A stretch of DNA of 64,000 nt from an uncultured Actinomycetes bacterium (lineage in GTDB: Bacteria > Actinomycetota > Thermoleophilia > UBA2241), in the NCBI GenBank assembly GCA_963845355.1, contig CAWJRV010000005.1, positions 80,495-144,494 on the forward strand. The letters are read 5' to 3'. The position numbers and the translations under genes were made by a program. This document shows, piece by piece, positions 63,232 through 64,000 of the stretch. Below the pieces are notes generated by a model. That model saw only the letters and a list, made by a program, of their open reading frames with translations, made no database searches and was not told where the DNA came from. Position 1 is the first letter of the stretch, and each line of letters opens with the position of its first letter.

Positions 63232-64000
63232 TCAGGCCTCTTCGACGCGCGGCCGCCGGCGCCGCAGCGCCAGGGCGACGGCGACGACCGCCGCCACGAC
63301 CACGAGCGCCGCGACGGCGACGATCAGCGCCGTGTCGCCCGAACCGCCGCCGGCCGTCGCGGTCCTGGGCTTCAGGTTCAGGTACGAGCCGATGAAGCCC
63401 TCGGCGTAGAAGGCCGGCCCGCTGCCGTCGAACATCTGCTGCCAGCCGGTCCACTTCGTCGTATTGTAGGCCTCGAGATAGTCGGGGTACGCGAGCACCA
63501 CCCAGGGCGTCTGCTGGTACATGATCTGCTGCATCTGGGAGATGGGCGTCTGGCGCGACTGGGGGTCGATGGTCGACGACTGCTGGGTGTTCAGCGCGTC
63601 GTATTGGGCGTTCGACCAGAAGGGCTCGTTCAGGCTCCCGATCTCGCTGGTGGTGAGGCAGCTGAGCGTCTGACCGGGGTCGAAGTAGCCGGTCCAGTCC
63701 CAGACCACCATGTCGAAGTCGGGCTTCCAGACGCTGCCGTGGGAGTTGTAGATGTCGGACGTGAGAGCGCCGTCGTCGACGATCGAGAGCTTGATCTTGA
63801 GTCCGAGGTCGTCGAGCCAGCCTGCGATGAGCTTGGCGTCGACCTGGTTCGGGTCGCTGTCGGTCGGGCTGTATAAGCGCAGCGTGATGGGCTTGCCCTG
63901 CTTGTTCAGGCGCACGCCGTTCTTCAGCGGATAGCCGGCCGCGGTGAGCAGCTGGCCGGCTCTCGGGGGTCGAACGTGTAGGCCTGGCCGGCCGGCGGCT
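63232..64000 (-). CDS. Family-5 solute-binding protein paralog, C-terminal part with TM anchor; extends beyond the window end and shows a frame change near 63916
   Basis: …RLNKQGKPITLRLYSP…WDWTGYFDPGQTLSCL…AYPDYLEAYNTTKWTGWQQM…, then a TM helix ALIVAVAALVVVAAVVAVAL. Clearly paralogous to 18759..20611. Confidence 0.6.
   Translation of the reverse strand, partial: AAGRPGLHVRPPRAGQLLTAAGYPLKNGVRLNKQGKPITLRLYSPTDSDPNQVDAKLIAGWLDDLGLKIKLSIVDDGALTSDIYNSHGSVWKPDFDMVVWDWTGYFDPGQTLSCLTTSEIGSLNEPFWSNAQYDALNTQQSSTIDPQSRQTPISQMQQIMYQQTPWVVLAYPDYLEAYNTTKWTGWQQMFDGSGPAFYAEGFIGSYLNLKPRTATAGGGSGDTALIVAVAALVVVAAVVAVALALRRRRPRVEEA

Overview
This is a high-GC (~70%), Actinomycetota-like chromosomal window, possibly Thermoleophilia-like. 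Strong GGAGG-type ribosome-binding sites and frequent GTG starts support this; the taxon is an inference. Intact housekeeping genes include FtsH, YajC, a SepF-like protein, an LCP protein immediately followed by a class A PBP, a sigma-70 family factor and a DppBC-type permease pair. Accessory content includes an MttB-superfamily methyltransferase, a MacB-type efflux locus, two GGDEF proteins and a serpin. No rRNA, CRISPR, transposase or integrase was seen, and I could not recognise any tRNA by eye. The most interesting signal is a modular family of four secreted proteins. Either a glutamic-peptidase-G1-like (eqolisin-like) domain or a Ycf48/BNR-type beta-propeller is fused to the same two-domain C-terminal module. 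The first part of that module is an Ig-like domain containing YRSxDxAGNxE, and the second begins DPRPGSPTATVTI. Two copies are intact (41045..42610 and 60613..62211). A tandem pair at 20799..25037 is riddled with frameshifts. Frameshifts cluster in two accessory blocks. The first, 18759..25037, holds a family-5 solute-binding protein and both module paralogs. The second, 33107..40961, holds a MalT/LuxR regulator, a TetR, and a Pmt-like GT39 plus Ppm-like GT2-GtrA glycosylation pair. Flanking essential genes are intact, so this looks like either genome decay or localised assembly error. Other notable items are a zinc-ribbon protein with a phage-MuF-like Cys motif next to a multi-cluster Fe-S protein, and a conserved GGTTAAGnnTTGTTAAG element upstream of both yajC and the sigma factor gene. 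All coordinates are approximate to a few bases, because starts were chosen by eye from RBS context.
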